64,000 nucleotides of DNA. Origin: a virus. Taxonomy: Duplodnaviria; Caudoviricetes. Positions 12,001-25,757 of the stretch are shown here, piece after piece. The DNA is taken from positions 227,103 through 291,102 of IMG/VR virus record IMGVR_UViG_3300018430_000021; one strand, given 5' to 3'. Position 1 is the stretch's first letter, and each line of letters begins with the position of its first letter. A program made the translations under genes and the position numbers. The notes beneath the pieces are model-generated. The model saw nothing but the letters and a program-made list of their open reading frames with translations. It searched no databases and was not told where the DNA came from.

Positions 12001-14395
12001 AGTCTATATCTTTCGTAATCGTAATGTCTCGCCACTGGTCATAAACAGCATAACGACCATCTGGAAGTAAGGCTACAACGATAGAATGAATATCGTCGCC
12101 ATGGTTATAACAACAGATACCACAAGTACCGTTATCCTTGAAATGACATTCCGGTAAATAGCTCTTGCAAAGTTCTTTAAATTCATCAATCGACATATTC
12201 GATTTCCTCCAGTAAATATTGGTCAACAGCACTGCCACATCCGAATACATTATAACAAACAGTGGCTATTTTGCCGTTATTTAAAATTTCTTTCTTTGTT
12301 ACTTCATATCCGCCACATTCAAAATAACCAGCCTTTGGCCAAGAATCATACCAATCTTTAATTATTTTTTTAGCCTTGTCAATATCTTTAAATACTTTGA
12401 TATTTTCTGTATTTTTTATAGATACATCGCTTCCACCATTTGGGTTTCTCTTTGTGGCAGATGTATGATTCGTAACTAAATATAATTTTTTCATTATGCA
12501 ACCGTCGGCATGAAGGCCCAAAGTGCAATTTCTTTCATAGAATAATTGAAACTACCGCTATTAAAGAATACAGTACCGATATGGTTCTTAATCAAGGAAC
12601 CTATAAAGTATTCGCCATCGGTCGTCTTTACGAGAATCTTCTTATACAATCCGATAGTTTCTACATCTTCTGGAAGGAAATCACGGAATATCATTTCTTT
12701 CTTAATTTCTTTTCTCATAATTCAATTCCTTTAATTTTCTTGATGAGGTCTTCGCACTCGTCAATAATAGTTCTGTTCTTATTCTTAATGGCCAGGTTGT
12801 AAATACTCATAATATCATACGGATATTTTGGCGTCGGATAAATCTTGATAAAATTATCGTATTTATCCAGATAACAATAAAACGACGCACCTTTATGAGA
12901 TACTTCGATTTTATAAGTACCGTCTGCTTCTTCTGTTGAGTATAAGTATTTCATAGTTAATAATATAGTAAAAATAATAAAGGCTATTAGTCATTGAGAT
13001 GAATAATAGCCGATTTTTTAAGTATTTGTCAAATTATGATACACATTTAGGATTTCTTTCAAAAACTCTTCATCTGTATCATACGGACCGCAATCAGTCG
13101 CAAGATTAAGGCCTAATTCTGGAATAGTCAACTGTATCTTGTTGTCACGAATGAGGTCCAAGAACTGTTTGACAAACTCGTTCGTCGCGCTCAGCTTATC
13201 GTAAAGTTCTTGATTCTCGTAATACAATTTCCAATATTCTCGTTCAATCATAATCAGTAGTCCATGCTTGAAAATATTTCTTCGTTGACAAAACCCTGAA
13301 TCTGGTCTGTCAATGCATCGAGAGCATCTTTTTCGGTCTTGTTTGGATCATACGATATATAATGCTTCAAAATATCAGGAAGGTCATCAAGCTTATCCAC
13401 ATCATTGGAATTCAACATGAATATGGAAGCTACAACATTCGGTTTCTTATAAGCATCCAAATCTTTTGTAGCCAACATATGCACGAAATTCAAATTATTT
13501 TTAAAAGATACCCTACGTTTCATTTTTCAAGACCTTCATTGCTTCGTCATGATTATAGCCGGAATACATTTCCTTACCCATGTTGTCATAAATGAAAAGC
13601 TGACCAATCATGTTAATATCAACAGTATAATCGCCACACTGGAAACTATTGACATCAGTTTCACTGTCAATCGGTTCGCAAGTAATTTTTTTATGTTCTG
13701 CCTTTTGTAAAAAGAACTCCGTTGTCTTCTTCAGAATATAATCGTCAGCCAGAACTTCTGGATTAACAGTCTTTTGAGCAATCGACATGAGCTTATTCTT
13801 GGCCCAATCCAACGGTGCCGAACATTCAGGACAATAGTTGAGTTTAACGGCGCATTCTTCCCAGTCATTTCCAAAAAGCATTAACTGGTTATTTTCAATA
13901 ACGAGCTCACCACCCATGAAAATAGTATCAGGACCAATGTTCTTGCGATAATCAATACTATAACCAGAACAAAAGGCTCGATTATTCTTTCGTTCCGGAT
14001 CAAGAACCTTCAAATTTTCTCTATCTACAATACTGTGTAGCCATTCACAAAATTGACACATATAAATTTCTCCTTTAATAGTCTGTATCAAAAAGGACAT
14101 CACATCCGCAAATATCCTTCAATTTCTGTTTAATTAAATGATGTGCCTCAATTAGACCGCCTTCGGACGAAAATACATTCAATTCCTTGGCGGCAAGTTT
14201 CATATCGGCATTCACCTTATCGCAAATAGAAAAATCACAAGAAAATACACTGGCTACGGCACTGGTTTCACACCAGGGCTTAGTAGTGAACCGTGACCAT
14301 AGTTCCTTATCCTTGCAAATACTGATAATGACATGGAACACGGCATAGTTAGTCATTTGGATTCGATAATTTATTGTATCATTCTCCATCGCTTA

Positions 14396-14788
14396 TTATA
14401 CCTTAGTGAGTTTAACTGTACGGCGGAGCTTTACACTAGCTTCTTGGTCTAACTCGGCAATAGGTTGGATTTCAAGGTCGGCCGTAAATTCTTTAGTATG
14501 CTTACATTCTTGTAACTTATCATCAAAGAGGTCAATAAAAATCTTATACCTTAATGGCTCCTTTTGTCCGTCGAACAACTTGGAGACATAGAAATCTTCA
14601 AATTCATCAAAGGTAATATAAGATTCATTAAAAATTCGCTTTGCCCTTAACATCAATTCATGGTCGTACTTTTCATCCTTATATGACCAGAAACGAATTC
14701 TGAAAAGATAATTCTTCGCAATATTCGGCATATTAGCCAACTGACCAAAAACATTCATAGATTCATTCATATTTTTCCCTTTTAACAA
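14396..14788 (-). CDS. possible degenerate T4 gp19-like tail-tube paralogue
   Basis: Pattern NIAKNYLFRIRF...ITFDEFEDF...IxELD resembles tail-tube proteins; recognised by eye only. Confidence 0.3.
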   Translation of the reverse strand: MLKGKNMNESMNVFGQLANMPNIAKNYLFRIRFWSYKDEKYDHELMLRAKRIFNESYITFDEFEDFYVSKLFDGQKEPLRYKIFIDLFDDKLQECKHTKEFTADLEIQPIAELDQEASVKLRRTVKLTKV

Positions 14789-17341
14789 ATTTTAATATCA
14801 ACTTCCCAGTATGGACCTATATAGGACTTAAGAGCTTCCGTACTATCATAAGAAGTCCAGCTCATCGGACAAACAATTTTATCGCTAAAAATATTCGCCA
14901 AGAAACAATAGATAGCATCCATTTCATTCTTTACATGTCCGATATAATTAGCAGCCATAACAGCTGCAATTTCCAAAGCTATCTGATGTATAGTACCGAC
15001 TGTTACCAAATCGCCAGCATGTGCATTTACTACTTCAGTCATGAATTGCTTACGCAAATCCCAAACGCCCTTCATAATTTCAACTTCCATGTCACGCTCT
15101 ATCTGGGCCATCTGTACTGGCGTAAGATGCGACATGTCGTCCGGGCTTTCTAAAGTAAACTTAGCTTGTACCCTAGGTGTTAGAATCACAGGATAATTCT
15201 CCTTTTTGTACAGTAACTTTAAGGTCTACATGGTCGACCGAATTCGATAATATTACATGAATATACGGAGCAAACACAATGCCAGAATTACGATACATGT
15301 CATGGGTGGCAATAGCAACCATGTATAGCGGATTACTCATGTCATCCGTAATATCGGGTACCTTGATACGATACTTCTGACCTTTACCGATAAATGTTGA
15401 TACAAACAAAGTTGGCAAATTTTTAGTTTCTTCGTATGTGTAATACTGTCCAAACATAACTACAATATAAAAATTTTAACTCTTGCTATATGCACTTCCA
15501 GGAACTATTTTCCAGCTTTTTAATTCAAGATAAGCATAATCGCCGTTATAACCACAATTAGTTTCTAATCGGATTAAGTTATTTTGATTAACTTTATATT
15601 TTTTACAAAACTTGGATTCTAGCACATCGTAATCAATATACTCACCGTAAGAATCTTTACGTTTTAACGGACGGAAATAATGGAATGTTATTTTCGGATT
15701 ATCCGTTTTAATTGCTAGATGATAAGCAAAATCATCTTTTTCCATATTCAAAGATTCCTTTTTCTTAAGCAACAAAATATAACCAGTTTCCGGAGCATAA
15801 TCACGATAAGCCATTCCGTATATCCAAGATTCTGCATTATATTCTTTTGCTGCGATATTTACGAGTTCTTCAAAATCTCTGGAAAATAATTCATGTTTAC
15901 CGCAGCAATATCTTAACGGATCTCCATCTGTAGTAAAGAATATCAAAGTACCATTTACTGATGGACAATTAAATACAGAATGTACCATATTGAAACGTGG
16001 CAAGAATGTCTTGACGGTATCAGTAGTTTGCATTAACTTAACATCGTCTTTTATTGAACGATGGGTTACTTTAACCTTTGGCTGTTTTTTAACGACGACA
16101 TAAGTATCGCCTTCCAACATTAATTCTACAAAATTATCATGATATAATCGTTTTCTATCCATAATTACCTATCAATTACTAACATATCCTTTTTACCGCC
16201 AGCTATATCATAATGACAACCGTCTTCAGCCAGATAAAAAACTTTATCATTATAAAAATTTTCTTTATTGAGCGGACACTTTATAAAACCCTGATCATCA
16301 TCGATATAATTATAACACCAAACTTCGATGTCGCCGTGTTGGTCTTTTTGTTCATTCAAAAACTCAATAAGTTCGGAAATTTTCATATCAGGCCTTATTT
16401 AAACCTGTTCGTATGGAATACCATAAGGACTACGAATCGTTACGCCCTTAACTTCTTCCGTTTTATAGTTAATACAGTCTTTCGGATATTCATAGGCCGT
16501 TGCGGTTACAATATAAGAAGCCTTGCATTTCGGACATTCTCCAGTTCTACCGATAACATGTTCATATTCATTACCCATGGAACGCGTTTCGCATACCCAT
16601 GCGTCATGAATAAAACTGCCTGCCAATAATGTAAACGCATGATTACATTTATCGCATGTTACCTGAACATCTGCAATTACTTTAAATTTCATATTCACCT
16701 CTTATCAACCGAATGTTCTTTTATATAATCTTCCAATTCTTTCCAGCCAGATTCGTCAAGTTCTTCCAGTTTATTCTTAAAGCATTCTATGAATCTCATC
16801 GTGTACGACTCACTACACCAGGCATTATGCTTGAGTTTCCAATATCTTTCCTCTGACTTCTTTTTATAATCGTTCAAAAGAAACTTCAGACGTTTAATCC
16901 TGCGTTGATATACATCAATAAGAAGTCGAACATCCTCAATGTCGACTTCCTTTTTATCTCTATACTTAGTTGCAATATAATTCTTACTTATTTTCTTCAT
17001 CTATCTTATATGGACAATAAACCACACCAATATTGGACTGATTTATCTTAGCCTTGTATGAAAGTGTTACTGATGATAAAGATAGATTTTTATCGTCATA
17101 TAGTTTGACCGGACCAAGAGTTTCTGCTGGAATTTCTTCAGGTTTGACTTGATGTCCTTTATCACATTCAAGACATTCATATTGTGCCGGATATGAAAGT
17201 AATACGACTGGTGAAAACTCTTTTGCGGGTTTCCACTTATTACAGCGCCAGCAACGCTTATAAGGATTATCCATACTGTCTAATCCTTCATTTCCATACA
17301 GATTTTTCTTGTAAATACGTAAACCCTTATCTGCGAGTTCT

Positions 17342-17815
17342 TCATAGGGAAACGACGCCTTCATATCCTAGCTCCTTAAGTTTTTGAATGTCTTCATCTG
17401 TAAGTACAATCGGTTTTCCCGGATATTCTTCTACCTTGCCTATTATACAATAGGATAAAAACATAGAATATTCAGTTATCCAGTCTGCGACCAAATGCCT
17501 ATGACAAAAATCTTCTGGTTTTTCATAACACAGAAGTATAATCTTATCCGGCGATACCTTTGTCAATTCCAACAAATCACTTACAACAGTAGTAATACAA
17601 CGTTTGGCAAGAATCTGTTTCTGAAACTGCTCCTTGTAATATTCTACGTCGCCTTTGTGCTCGCCGTTCTTCCAATTGTTCAGAATATCCCAGTTAGGTG
17701 CAAGATCCTTATATTCAAGGCCCTTATACCAGTCTGGCGTCTTTAAAGCAATAGAAACCGGAACTAGTCCGGCTTTTTCATAGGTTTTTAACTTTGCAAA
17801 ATATCCAGTATACAT
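17342..17815 (-). CDS. DUF488 family protein
   Basis: MYTGYFA, LAP, LLCYEKPxDFCHRHLVA motif. Confidence 0.8.
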   Translation of the reverse strand: MYTGYFAKLKTYEKAGLVPVSIALKTPDWYKGLEYKDLAPNWDILNNWKNGEHKGDVEYYKEQFQKQILAKRCITTVVSDLLELTKVSPDKIILLCYEKPEDFCHRHLVADWITEYSMFLSYCIIGKVEEYPGKPIVLTDEDIQKLKELGYEGVVSL

Positions 17816-18501
17816 TAGACCTTCTTCATTAGGTCTTTTAACAAGACCGATTTTCCATTAAACGTATAATAAGAATCGTCAAAGCCTATCTTGTTCCATT
17901 CCATATATTCCTTCATGGGGAACTTCAGCCAGACGAAATCTTTATCTTCCTTATGAATATAACTTCGATATGCCTTACCGGAATTCAAAACATATTCCTG
18001 CGGAAACTTATAGGTGAAATACTGGTCTCTGAACTTTACGCCAGCCAGGAACTGGTTGACGCTTGACATGATAATATCCACGGCTGTCGGAACCTTCCAA
18101 TTCTTTATGTCTTCCTTGGTCTGCTGAATACGTCTCAGTTCGCGGGCTTCGTGTTCACGAATGTCAGAAATACGTTCCGGCCATCCAGATCTTTTATAGT
18201 CAATTTTACCATCTTTTGTTAGGTATACTTCTTCTCGTTTGAAGAATTTATTATGCCAGAAGTCATAGTCAAATGCTTCAAAGTCATAATCGTGTTCGTC
18301 TGGTCCTGTATAGACACAACCAGATAAAGGCCGAGAATACCTATGTCTCAACAGATAATCTTTGGCCTTATTGTAATCGCAATCATTATTGATAAATACC
18401 TGTTTACAGACCATCATTCCATGACCTGTATCTTGGTGCAACTGTCTGACAATTTCGTGTTTAATTTCCATTAGATTCTTCTGGTTTACGTTCTTCAACA
18501 A
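17815..18501 (-). CDS. protein with EF-Ts N-terminal (UBA-like) domain
   Basis: VRQLHQDTGHGMMVCKQVF..NDCDYNKAKDYL resembles EF-Ts VKELRxxTGAGMMDCKKAL..GDxxKAxxxL. Confidence 0.6.
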   Translation of the reverse strand: MLKNVNQKNLMEIKHEIVRQLHQDTGHGMMVCKQVFINNDCDYNKAKDYLLRHRYSRPLSGCVYTGPDEHDYDFEAFDYDFWHNKFFKREEVYLTKDGKIDYKRSGWPERISDIREHEARELRRIQQTKEDIKNWKVPTAVDIIMSSVNQFLAGVKFRDQYFTYKFPQEYVLNSGKAYRSYIHKEDKDFVWLKFPMKEYMEWNKIGFDDSYYTFNGKSVLLKDLMKKV

Positions 18502-21500
18502 ACAATTTCATGATGTCTTCGGAAATACCAAACAAAGGCTTGCCGTTTTCGTCAAAACGAACCAGGATAGAAATATTCTGGCCGTTAGGAAGCTTGAGCA
18601 TGGTCATAGCTGTAAACTTCATTTTAATAACTTCACTGCCATCAGAACCGGGTTTTTTATATTCACGGATTATCGGTTCTGGAAGCGCGAATATCGCCAT
18701 CTTATCTTCATTACCCTTGGCTTCTTCCGTGAGACGTTTCCAAGTTACGATGTTTTTACAAAAATTGTTTACTGCGAAATCGTTTTTACTGAAATCAATC
18801 ATAGTTTATTCCCAATCATTTAAATAGCGCCATTTTTTGACGCCTTTTGTATCACACGGCCATTTGTAATTCTCATCCTGTAAATCATAGGATTTCCACC
18901 AATCATCGTCGGTGTATTCTTCCCATGGAACCATATAAGCCTTACTTGTATGACCGTCTTCATGTTCAAATTCTATTTCAACGTCGCCCCAGTTACTACC
19001 TGGAACTTCATGATAGATTGTATCATAAATGTCATCCTGACTCCAATCCAGCCATTCTGACCATGTAGGTTCTTTATTGCCAGTCGAAGACATCTAAAAT
19101 CCAATCCTGTTCAGCCTTATCAAAGGCTTCTAAAGTTTCATCTGAATATTGGGCACGCGAACCGTTGCGTTCTGCGCGGTCGTAGGCCTTTTGTTTTTGC
19201 TCACCCTTATAGAACTGCGTATCATGCCAATAATGCCTGTCAGAGTGATGTCTGTGCAAAGAATAAGCACGCTGGCGGTCAGCCTCGGTCATACCGTACT
19301 GTTTTTCTAAATCATCCGAAAGTTGTCGCCATTTTTCCATATTGATAATACCATTAGAATCTTTAGATTTTTCCCAAAGGTTATCATGCTCTTTCATAAA
19401 ACGGAGGAGCTTCTTTTCATATCTGTCTTTTTGTCTGTTCTTCATAGTTCTTCCTCTACGAACCTCCACCAACCTGCATCATATACATGATGGTCACAAT
19501 CTACGTCGAAATCGTTGTCTTTTACTGGCTTCGCCCAATCCCAACAATTATGTTCCTTATCAAAGACAATTTTTGCGTTGACTATCTCATAAGGATCATC
19601 TTTATTCCAAGGATATAATTTAATATTGACCAGAATACACCAAGACTTATCCCATTGGTCTTGATTATCCCATGGGCTAGAATCTTTGAATGTATGCCAG
19701 TCAGTATCAAATTTCATGTTATTTATTTATAGCGTCGAGAAGCTTTTTATACTGCTTGTTCTTCTCTTCTAGTTCTTTCTTTTCTTTTGCACGTTCATCA
19801 CGAATAACAAGCCACTGTTCATAAGTAATTACCCAGCAGCCCGTGTCATGATTAACGGTAACGCCTTCATCCGTGAAGTTTTCCTTGAAAGTTTCGATAA
19901 TGAACTTCTTGTAATCGTCCTTTTCTGCATCTGCCGGAAGCATGCCGAGATACTTGTCGACTTCATTTACATACAAGTAAACCTCAGCATTACCGTCACG
20001 CTTAGGGTCAAGAATATCATTAAACATGAAGCCAGCATCCATATACTTAATGTACTTTTCAGCATTTGCTTCATACATCGAAATTCGTTCGTCAAAATTC
20101 TGCTTGGTCTTTACAACTGCATCGAAAAGTTCCTGAAGGGAATTATACATTGTACTCTGAAAATCCTTATCCAAGAAATAATCTTCGAAGTCACAATATG
20201 TAGAAAATCGCTGAATCTTGTATTCATCAACTTGTGAAATAAACTTAAACTTCTGCTTATTGTAGCAGATTTTAACCATAAATCCAAGCTTCTTATAATT
20301 CTCCGGCCAGATATTAGCAGTTTCAAAATGAAGATTATACTTTTCTTTCAGCTGTGCGTAGATTACTGGGTCAATAGCCTTGAATTCCTGTTCGAATCGT
20401 TCAAGCGAATGATTTATTGCAGACTTATGGTCCCAAAAAACCCACAAAAATTTTTCTTTTCCGGTAAGAAGATTTTTCATTACTTGTCTCCGTATTTTGC
20501 TTTTAATCTTTCGTATTCGGCACGTTCTTCCGCTTCTTTCTTTTCTTTCGCGAGTTGACGTTCTTTTTCCTTACGTTCACGTTGACGACGCGCTTGTTCT
20601 TTATATTTTTCGTCTTCTTCCTTAATATACTTGGTCAAGGCTTCGTCATCATAAAGGAATTCCTTTTTAAATTCAGTATAACCAATATAGTCACCATCTC
20701 TATCGGTATCGGAAGTACCAAAATCTACATAATCCGGCTTGCATTCGGTTTGACGAACATGCATATCATAGTTATCACGACCCCTGAAAAGCTGACCGCA
20801 AGACCAATCACAAAATCCCGGAACATTATGCTTTTTATAAAGTTCAGTATAAAGACGATTAAACACATGTTGTGCACGGTCTACGAGCTTATCGTAGTCT
20901 TCAAGTGTCTTATCAACATCATTTCTGTTTAGCATTTTTGGACTCCTTTTCCTGTTTTTCTTTAATTACATCATAAATGTCATGGGCTAATTCCATGAAA
21001 TCCCAATCAGCCATCGGAATCAATTCAAAATTAAACCCGTTTTCAGACGGAATACCAGACTTTTCAAAAAGTCCTTCCCAAAATTCTTCGCGTTCAGGAT
21101 AATCCGGAATATCCTCGCACCCGTCAGTACACTGGTTGGTGTACCAATATTCCGGCCAGTTAATCGGCTTAGTCCTTAAAAACTGGTTGGCATGCAATCC
21201 AGGAAAGAACTGAACGACAATAAAGTTTACGTCGTTTACCTGTCGGCAATAAATTATAGCATTAAAGCTCAAATCAAAACCAACTGCACGTTCTGCTGTT
21301 TCAGAACGTTTCTTTAACATCTTGCCGAATGAACGAATACGATTCCAGTCAGTCTTATAATCGCCTGTAGGACAAATATCCTTATTCATGTAATCATGTT
21401 CAGCAAATTCCTTAAGCAACCATTCATGGTATTTCTTCTTAAGGTCTACAAGTTCTGCAATACACTTGTTAAGGTCGTTAAAATCAGCATTCTTCTTAAA

Positions 21501-22709
21501 AAGATATGCATTAGGAATAACCATTGACATAATTACTCATCATCCTCTTCCAGAATTTCCTGTCTGGACTTTACCGGGTCAAAAATTGCCCAACGTTTCA
21601 CATTGAAGTACATGTAATCTTTCTTGACCTTAATCGGTGTTACAGCAAACGTAATTGAAATGGGATTTCCTTTTTCGTTTTTCATCTGCATGTTGAACAG
21701 TGTAATCCAGTTATCCGGCTTTATGTGATTGATAACGTCCGACCAATCGCTACGAAGCTTTACAGAAGTATCTTCGTATTTAATTCTGAACATATCACAC
21801 ATAAATATATTTTCAAACCAGGGTCCTTCGATACGGGGAACAAGACGAAGATTCTCGATTTCTACGTCATATTCCTGATCGGTCAAGTGATTCATTCGTA
21901 CAATCATTTAAACTTCTTTTCCTTTAAGAATATATCGATACACTTGTTGATACGCTTTCCGCCATCCTTATTCCAAATCATAGCGATTGTATTCTCCCAA
22001 TCGCCCTTCGGACGTTTACACTTTATGCGGAGCCATTCAACAAACTGGCCGTATTCATTTTCTTCAAGTCTATCAAACATTTTCTTTCTTCTTTGCGAGA
22101 ACTAAAACTGCCTTAGTAGCCAAAACGATTCCTGTCGGATTAGCGGAATAAACCTTTTCACCGTTTTTCATCAACGTACAACGCCACGGAGTAGTAGATT
22201 TATCGATTTCTATCCTATATTCCTTATCGATTTCGATAATATTATCTCCGTTACAGTTATGCGGAATCTTAGCTCTGTCCATGAGGTCACAGATATTGCT
22301 AAGGATTGTCTCATCAGAATATTTCATATAAGTACAATATAATAAAAAATAGGGGTTTTGTCAACCCCTTCATTTAATCTACTGATTTTACCTTTCCGGC
22401 CAGTAGCACACGATTTTCAGATTTGACAGCCAAGTCAACATAGCTTCGTAGAACTTCTCGGTAACGTCACCGTTTTCCATCAGAAATCCTTCACAGAATG
22501 ACGTAGCGGATTCGTAATAGTCATGTTCCGTATCATAGTATATGATATAGTCTTTAAGTCTCTTCGGACAGCCTTTCCAGTAATCCTTAAAAAGCGTGTC
22601 GTTATCAAAGCACATCATCTGCTGAAGCTTTGTTTCCTGAACTCGTTTTTCGACCGCCTGGTAACGTGGATCCACTACCAAATCGTCAATACCTTTCTTT
22701 GTACTCATA

Positions 22710-23162
22710 TTAATATCCTCTTGTATAAGATTGAATGATTCTATCGTGGCAGTCGACTACTGCCGCCTGGTCGATACTTGTGTCACTATCGATAAGCTTA
22801 TGCATTCCGGCTACTGCTGAAGCTTCGTCGTCGAAATACTTAACGGCATAGAACGGAGCACCGCCGTTATTTTTATTTTTCCCGCTATACTTCACATAGT
22901 ATTCGGAACGATTGATTTCCTTAGACTGAATCTTCTTCATTTCATCAAAAATCACCTGATAGATTGCCATCAGTGCGTTCTTATTCTGATATTCGTTAGA
23001 ATATTCAATCTTCTTCAGAATTTCTTCTTCACGGCGGGTATCTTCGACCATTGTCTTCAATGTTCTGACTTTTTCAGCTAATGAAAACCTGAAATCAAGC
23101 CAATGACAAAGATCCTTATCGATTGCGTTAATTAACTTTCGTGTTTCTTCAAGCTCTGTCAC
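22710..23162 (-). CDS. chorismate mutase (AroQ-type) domain protein
   Basis: LEETRKxINxIDxxL..L..RF.LA..V..LK....D..REEEIL motif. Confidence 0.7.
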   Translation of the reverse strand: MTELEETRKLINAIDKDLCHWLDFRFSLAEKVRTLKTMVEDTRREEEILKKIEYSNEYQNKNALMAIYQVIFDEMKKIQSKEINRSEYYVKYSGKNKNNGGAPFYAVKYFDDEASAVAGMHKLIDSDTSIDQAAVVDCHDRIIQSYTRGY

Positions 23163-23558
23163 GATTACACCTCATAATAAACATCTGCAAGTTCTTTACA
23201 TTCATCTTTATGTTCTAAATGATATTTTGACATTAAAGCCTTCATATACTTTACAGTTACATCCTTAGTCAAACCTTCACTGGCAAGTCTTTGTGTAGCC
23301 AGACAACGTTTAATCCGTTGTCTACTACAAGTATCAAGGTTATACATGGTCCGAACTTTACAAGCACGTTTATTTTGTTGACCGTTCGGATTAAAATATA
23401 CCGTATATTCCGGCAACCGTATCTTGACGCCTTCCAATGCAAGATTTACAAGTCGTTCTTTTGTTTCCTTGTAAAACTTTTCTGCCATATGCTTGGGCGT
23501 TTTACTTGTCCAATGCATTTCTTTCATACATTCGATAACGTCAGATATTGTAGCCATA

Positions 23559-24191
23559 TTACTTTCCCTTAAACATAGAAGTTAAATCAAGTTCAAAACA
23601 ATAACCGCCACGTTCATAGTTTCTATCATAGTTTTTAATTTCGCCAGTTTTAAAACCAGATTCAGTAAGAGCTTCCTTAGCTAATTCTGCCGTATGTCGA
23701 ATATCCCAGACCCCTTCTTTAGCTCTCCATCCGCCAGAATACAGATAGATTTTTATATCGCCACCTTCACGCCTAATTGTATTATGACAATCCTCTCTTC
23801 CGATCTGTTCAAATACGACGTCAAAATTCCTATTGCCGACACATGCATGAATCCAATCAGCCAATTCTTTACTATTGACAACCAAGTTTGCCGAAACAAG
23901 TTCTTCCGCTATAGCTTTAGCTTTACGCCGATCACCTTCTTCTTCATAAGCATGAGGATTTTTGGCTATTTCATCAACATGTTCCTGCCCTAAAGTCTTG
24001 AAATTATCAAAACTTAAATCAGACCAAGCATGAGTCTTTTTATATTCATCAATATTTTGTTCCATGTTAGAAAGGAAAACCTTTCGCCATGGATTTAACT
24101 TTTTCTTATTTTTCTCTTCAAGCTCAGGCGGTTTTTTTACAATATCTTTTTCTGGTGTAAGCCAGTTAATTGTGAATTCATCTTTCATCAT
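23559..24191 (-). CDS. hypothetical protein (paralogue of upstream frameshifted gene)
   Basis: Shares KDEFxINW, RRKAKAIAEE, LYSGGW and DLTSMFK with 24191..24852. Confidence 0.75.
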   Translation of the reverse strand: MMKDEFTINWLTPEKDIVKKPPELEEKNKKKLNPWRKVFLSNMEQNIDEYKKTHAWSDLSFDNFKTLGQEHVDEIAKNPHAYEEEGDRRKAKAIAEELVSANLVVNSKELADWIHACVGNRNFDVVFEQIGREDCHNTIRREGGDIKIYLYSGGWRAKEGVWDIRHTAELAKEALTESGFKTGEIKNYDRNYERGGYCFELDLTSMFKGK

Positions 24192-24852
24192 TACTTCGCC
24201 TTAAACATAGAAGTTAAATCGATTTTAAAAGAATACGAAGTTTTAGAATAGCAGTTGCCACTATGAGTTTCTACAGCAGATACCTTAAATCCGGCATTAA
24301 TCAAAGATTCCCTTGCATATTCTGCTACTCGCGGAATACTCCAAACACCATAATCAGAATTCCAACCACCAGAATACAAATGCATATCTACACCAAAAGT
24401 ATGTTGTTCGATATAATTATGATCACCTGTCCTGTCGGCTGCCATCAGTTTAACGTCGACATTGTATTTACCGATTTGTTCTTCAATAACGGCTTTAAGT
24501 TTTTCGCTATTGACTAACAGCCCAGCAGAAACAGATTCTTCTGCGATTGCCTTAGCCTTACGGCGTTCGCCTTCGTCATGTGCTTCACGGTCCTTACGTG
24601 CTTTTTCATCAACACGTTCCTGACCAATACTTTTAACATTGGCGAAGCTAAGACCAGAAACTGGCGTGTTCTTGGCGAGCCGTTCCTTTTCTTTCGCTTT
24701 GATTTCAGCATCACGCTTTTTCTGTTCTTCCTCTTCTTTTAATTTCTTCTTAATTTTTTCAGAAACCTTCTTTTCAACTGCTTCAGGTTCCTTGACGACA
24801 TCTTTTCTGGATTATTCATCCAATTGATTGCGAATTCGTCTTTTTTATTCAT
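24191..24852 (-). pseudogene. frameshifted tandem paralogue of 23559..24191
   Basis: MNKKDEFAINWMNNPEK is followed by a 1-nt frame change near 24803-24806; the other frame gives DVVKEPE...RRKAKAIAEE...DLTSMFKAK. Confidence 0.7.
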
Positions 24853-25757
24853 CGGTCACTTCTCGTAATGTAAAATTCCTTGGATTCCTTTTGAGCCTGA
24901 TTATATTCGTCAGCCCAAGCGTCAATATATTCATGCCATTTCTTTTCAGGAGAATTTGCCTTCTTCTGTTCGGCAATGAACTTTTCGTTTAGTTTCTTGT
25001 AATCCCTGTCGATATTCTTACACGGGAACGGACAATTATTACAACCACCGCAGTTAAAGAAACTATAACACCAAGCATTGTCATGGCAATAGGTCGGTGA
25101 TTCCTTCAGATAACGAATATACGTTGCAAGCTTTTCATTGTGGGTAATATCGAGATTCTGGAGGGCGGTGATAACTGAAGTATTCAACTCTTCCAAAGTT
25201 CCATTATTTTCCAAATGATAAACTCGATGTGTCGGAACATTGATTCCTGAAGTGGTAGAATTCAAATTTTCAAACGACTGACGGGCTTCAAGATTCTGCA
25301 TGTACATATCTGCATAGCCCGTTCTCTTGATAAGACGGTTATGACGAATATCAGCAGAAGCATGAATGATAACCATATCGAAGATATTGAGTCTTGCCCT
25401 TACTTTCTGAATATCCGTTGTAAGTGCGGCTTCGATGAAGATAACTTCCTTACTGTTCAAATACTTGTCGTCGACATTTTTTGTAAATTTGACAAGCAAA
25501 CGATTCATAAGTTCTTCGGAAAACAACGTAGGACTAGCAAAGACCATACGCATTTTCTTCAGGTCAATCTTATTGTATTCGTCAAGATAATCCTTGCCGA
25601 GACGAGAAACTATGAACTGATAGATTTCAGGATCTTCGTAAAGCTTCTTAACCTCGCTATCGCTGTCGATAACGATATAATGTTTCTTACGCAAAAGTTC
25701 AGAAACGGCAGACTTGCCTGAACCCATCATTCCTGTAATAAGAATAAATCTGGCCAT
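24849..25757 (-). CDS. coaE: dephospho-CoA kinase with C-terminal extension
   Basis: ITGMMGSGKS..S, IDSD, R..RL..R, NNGTLEEL motifs; adjacent to coaD. Confidence 0.8.
   Translation of the reverse strand: MARFILITGMMGSGKSAVSELLRKKHYIVIDSDSEVKKLYEDPEIYQFIVSRLGKDYLDEYNKIDLKKMRMVFASPTLFSEELMNRLLVKFTKNVDDKYLNSKEVIFIEAALTTDIQKVRARLNIFDMVIIHASADIRHNRLIKRTGYADMYMQNLEARQSFENLNSTTSGINVPTHRVYHLENNGTLEELNTSVITALQNLDITHNEKLATYIRYLKESPTYCHDNAWCYSFFNCGGCNNCPFPCKNIDRDYKKLNEKFIAEQKKANSPEKKWHEYIDAWADEYNQAQKESKEFYITRSDR

Larger units (their letters stand above)
6128..22708 (-). other. long run of tightly packed small hypothetical phage ORFs
   Basis: Dozens of abutting or overlapping 60-250 aa minus-strand ORFs, mostly without recognisable motifs. 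Confidence 0.8.
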
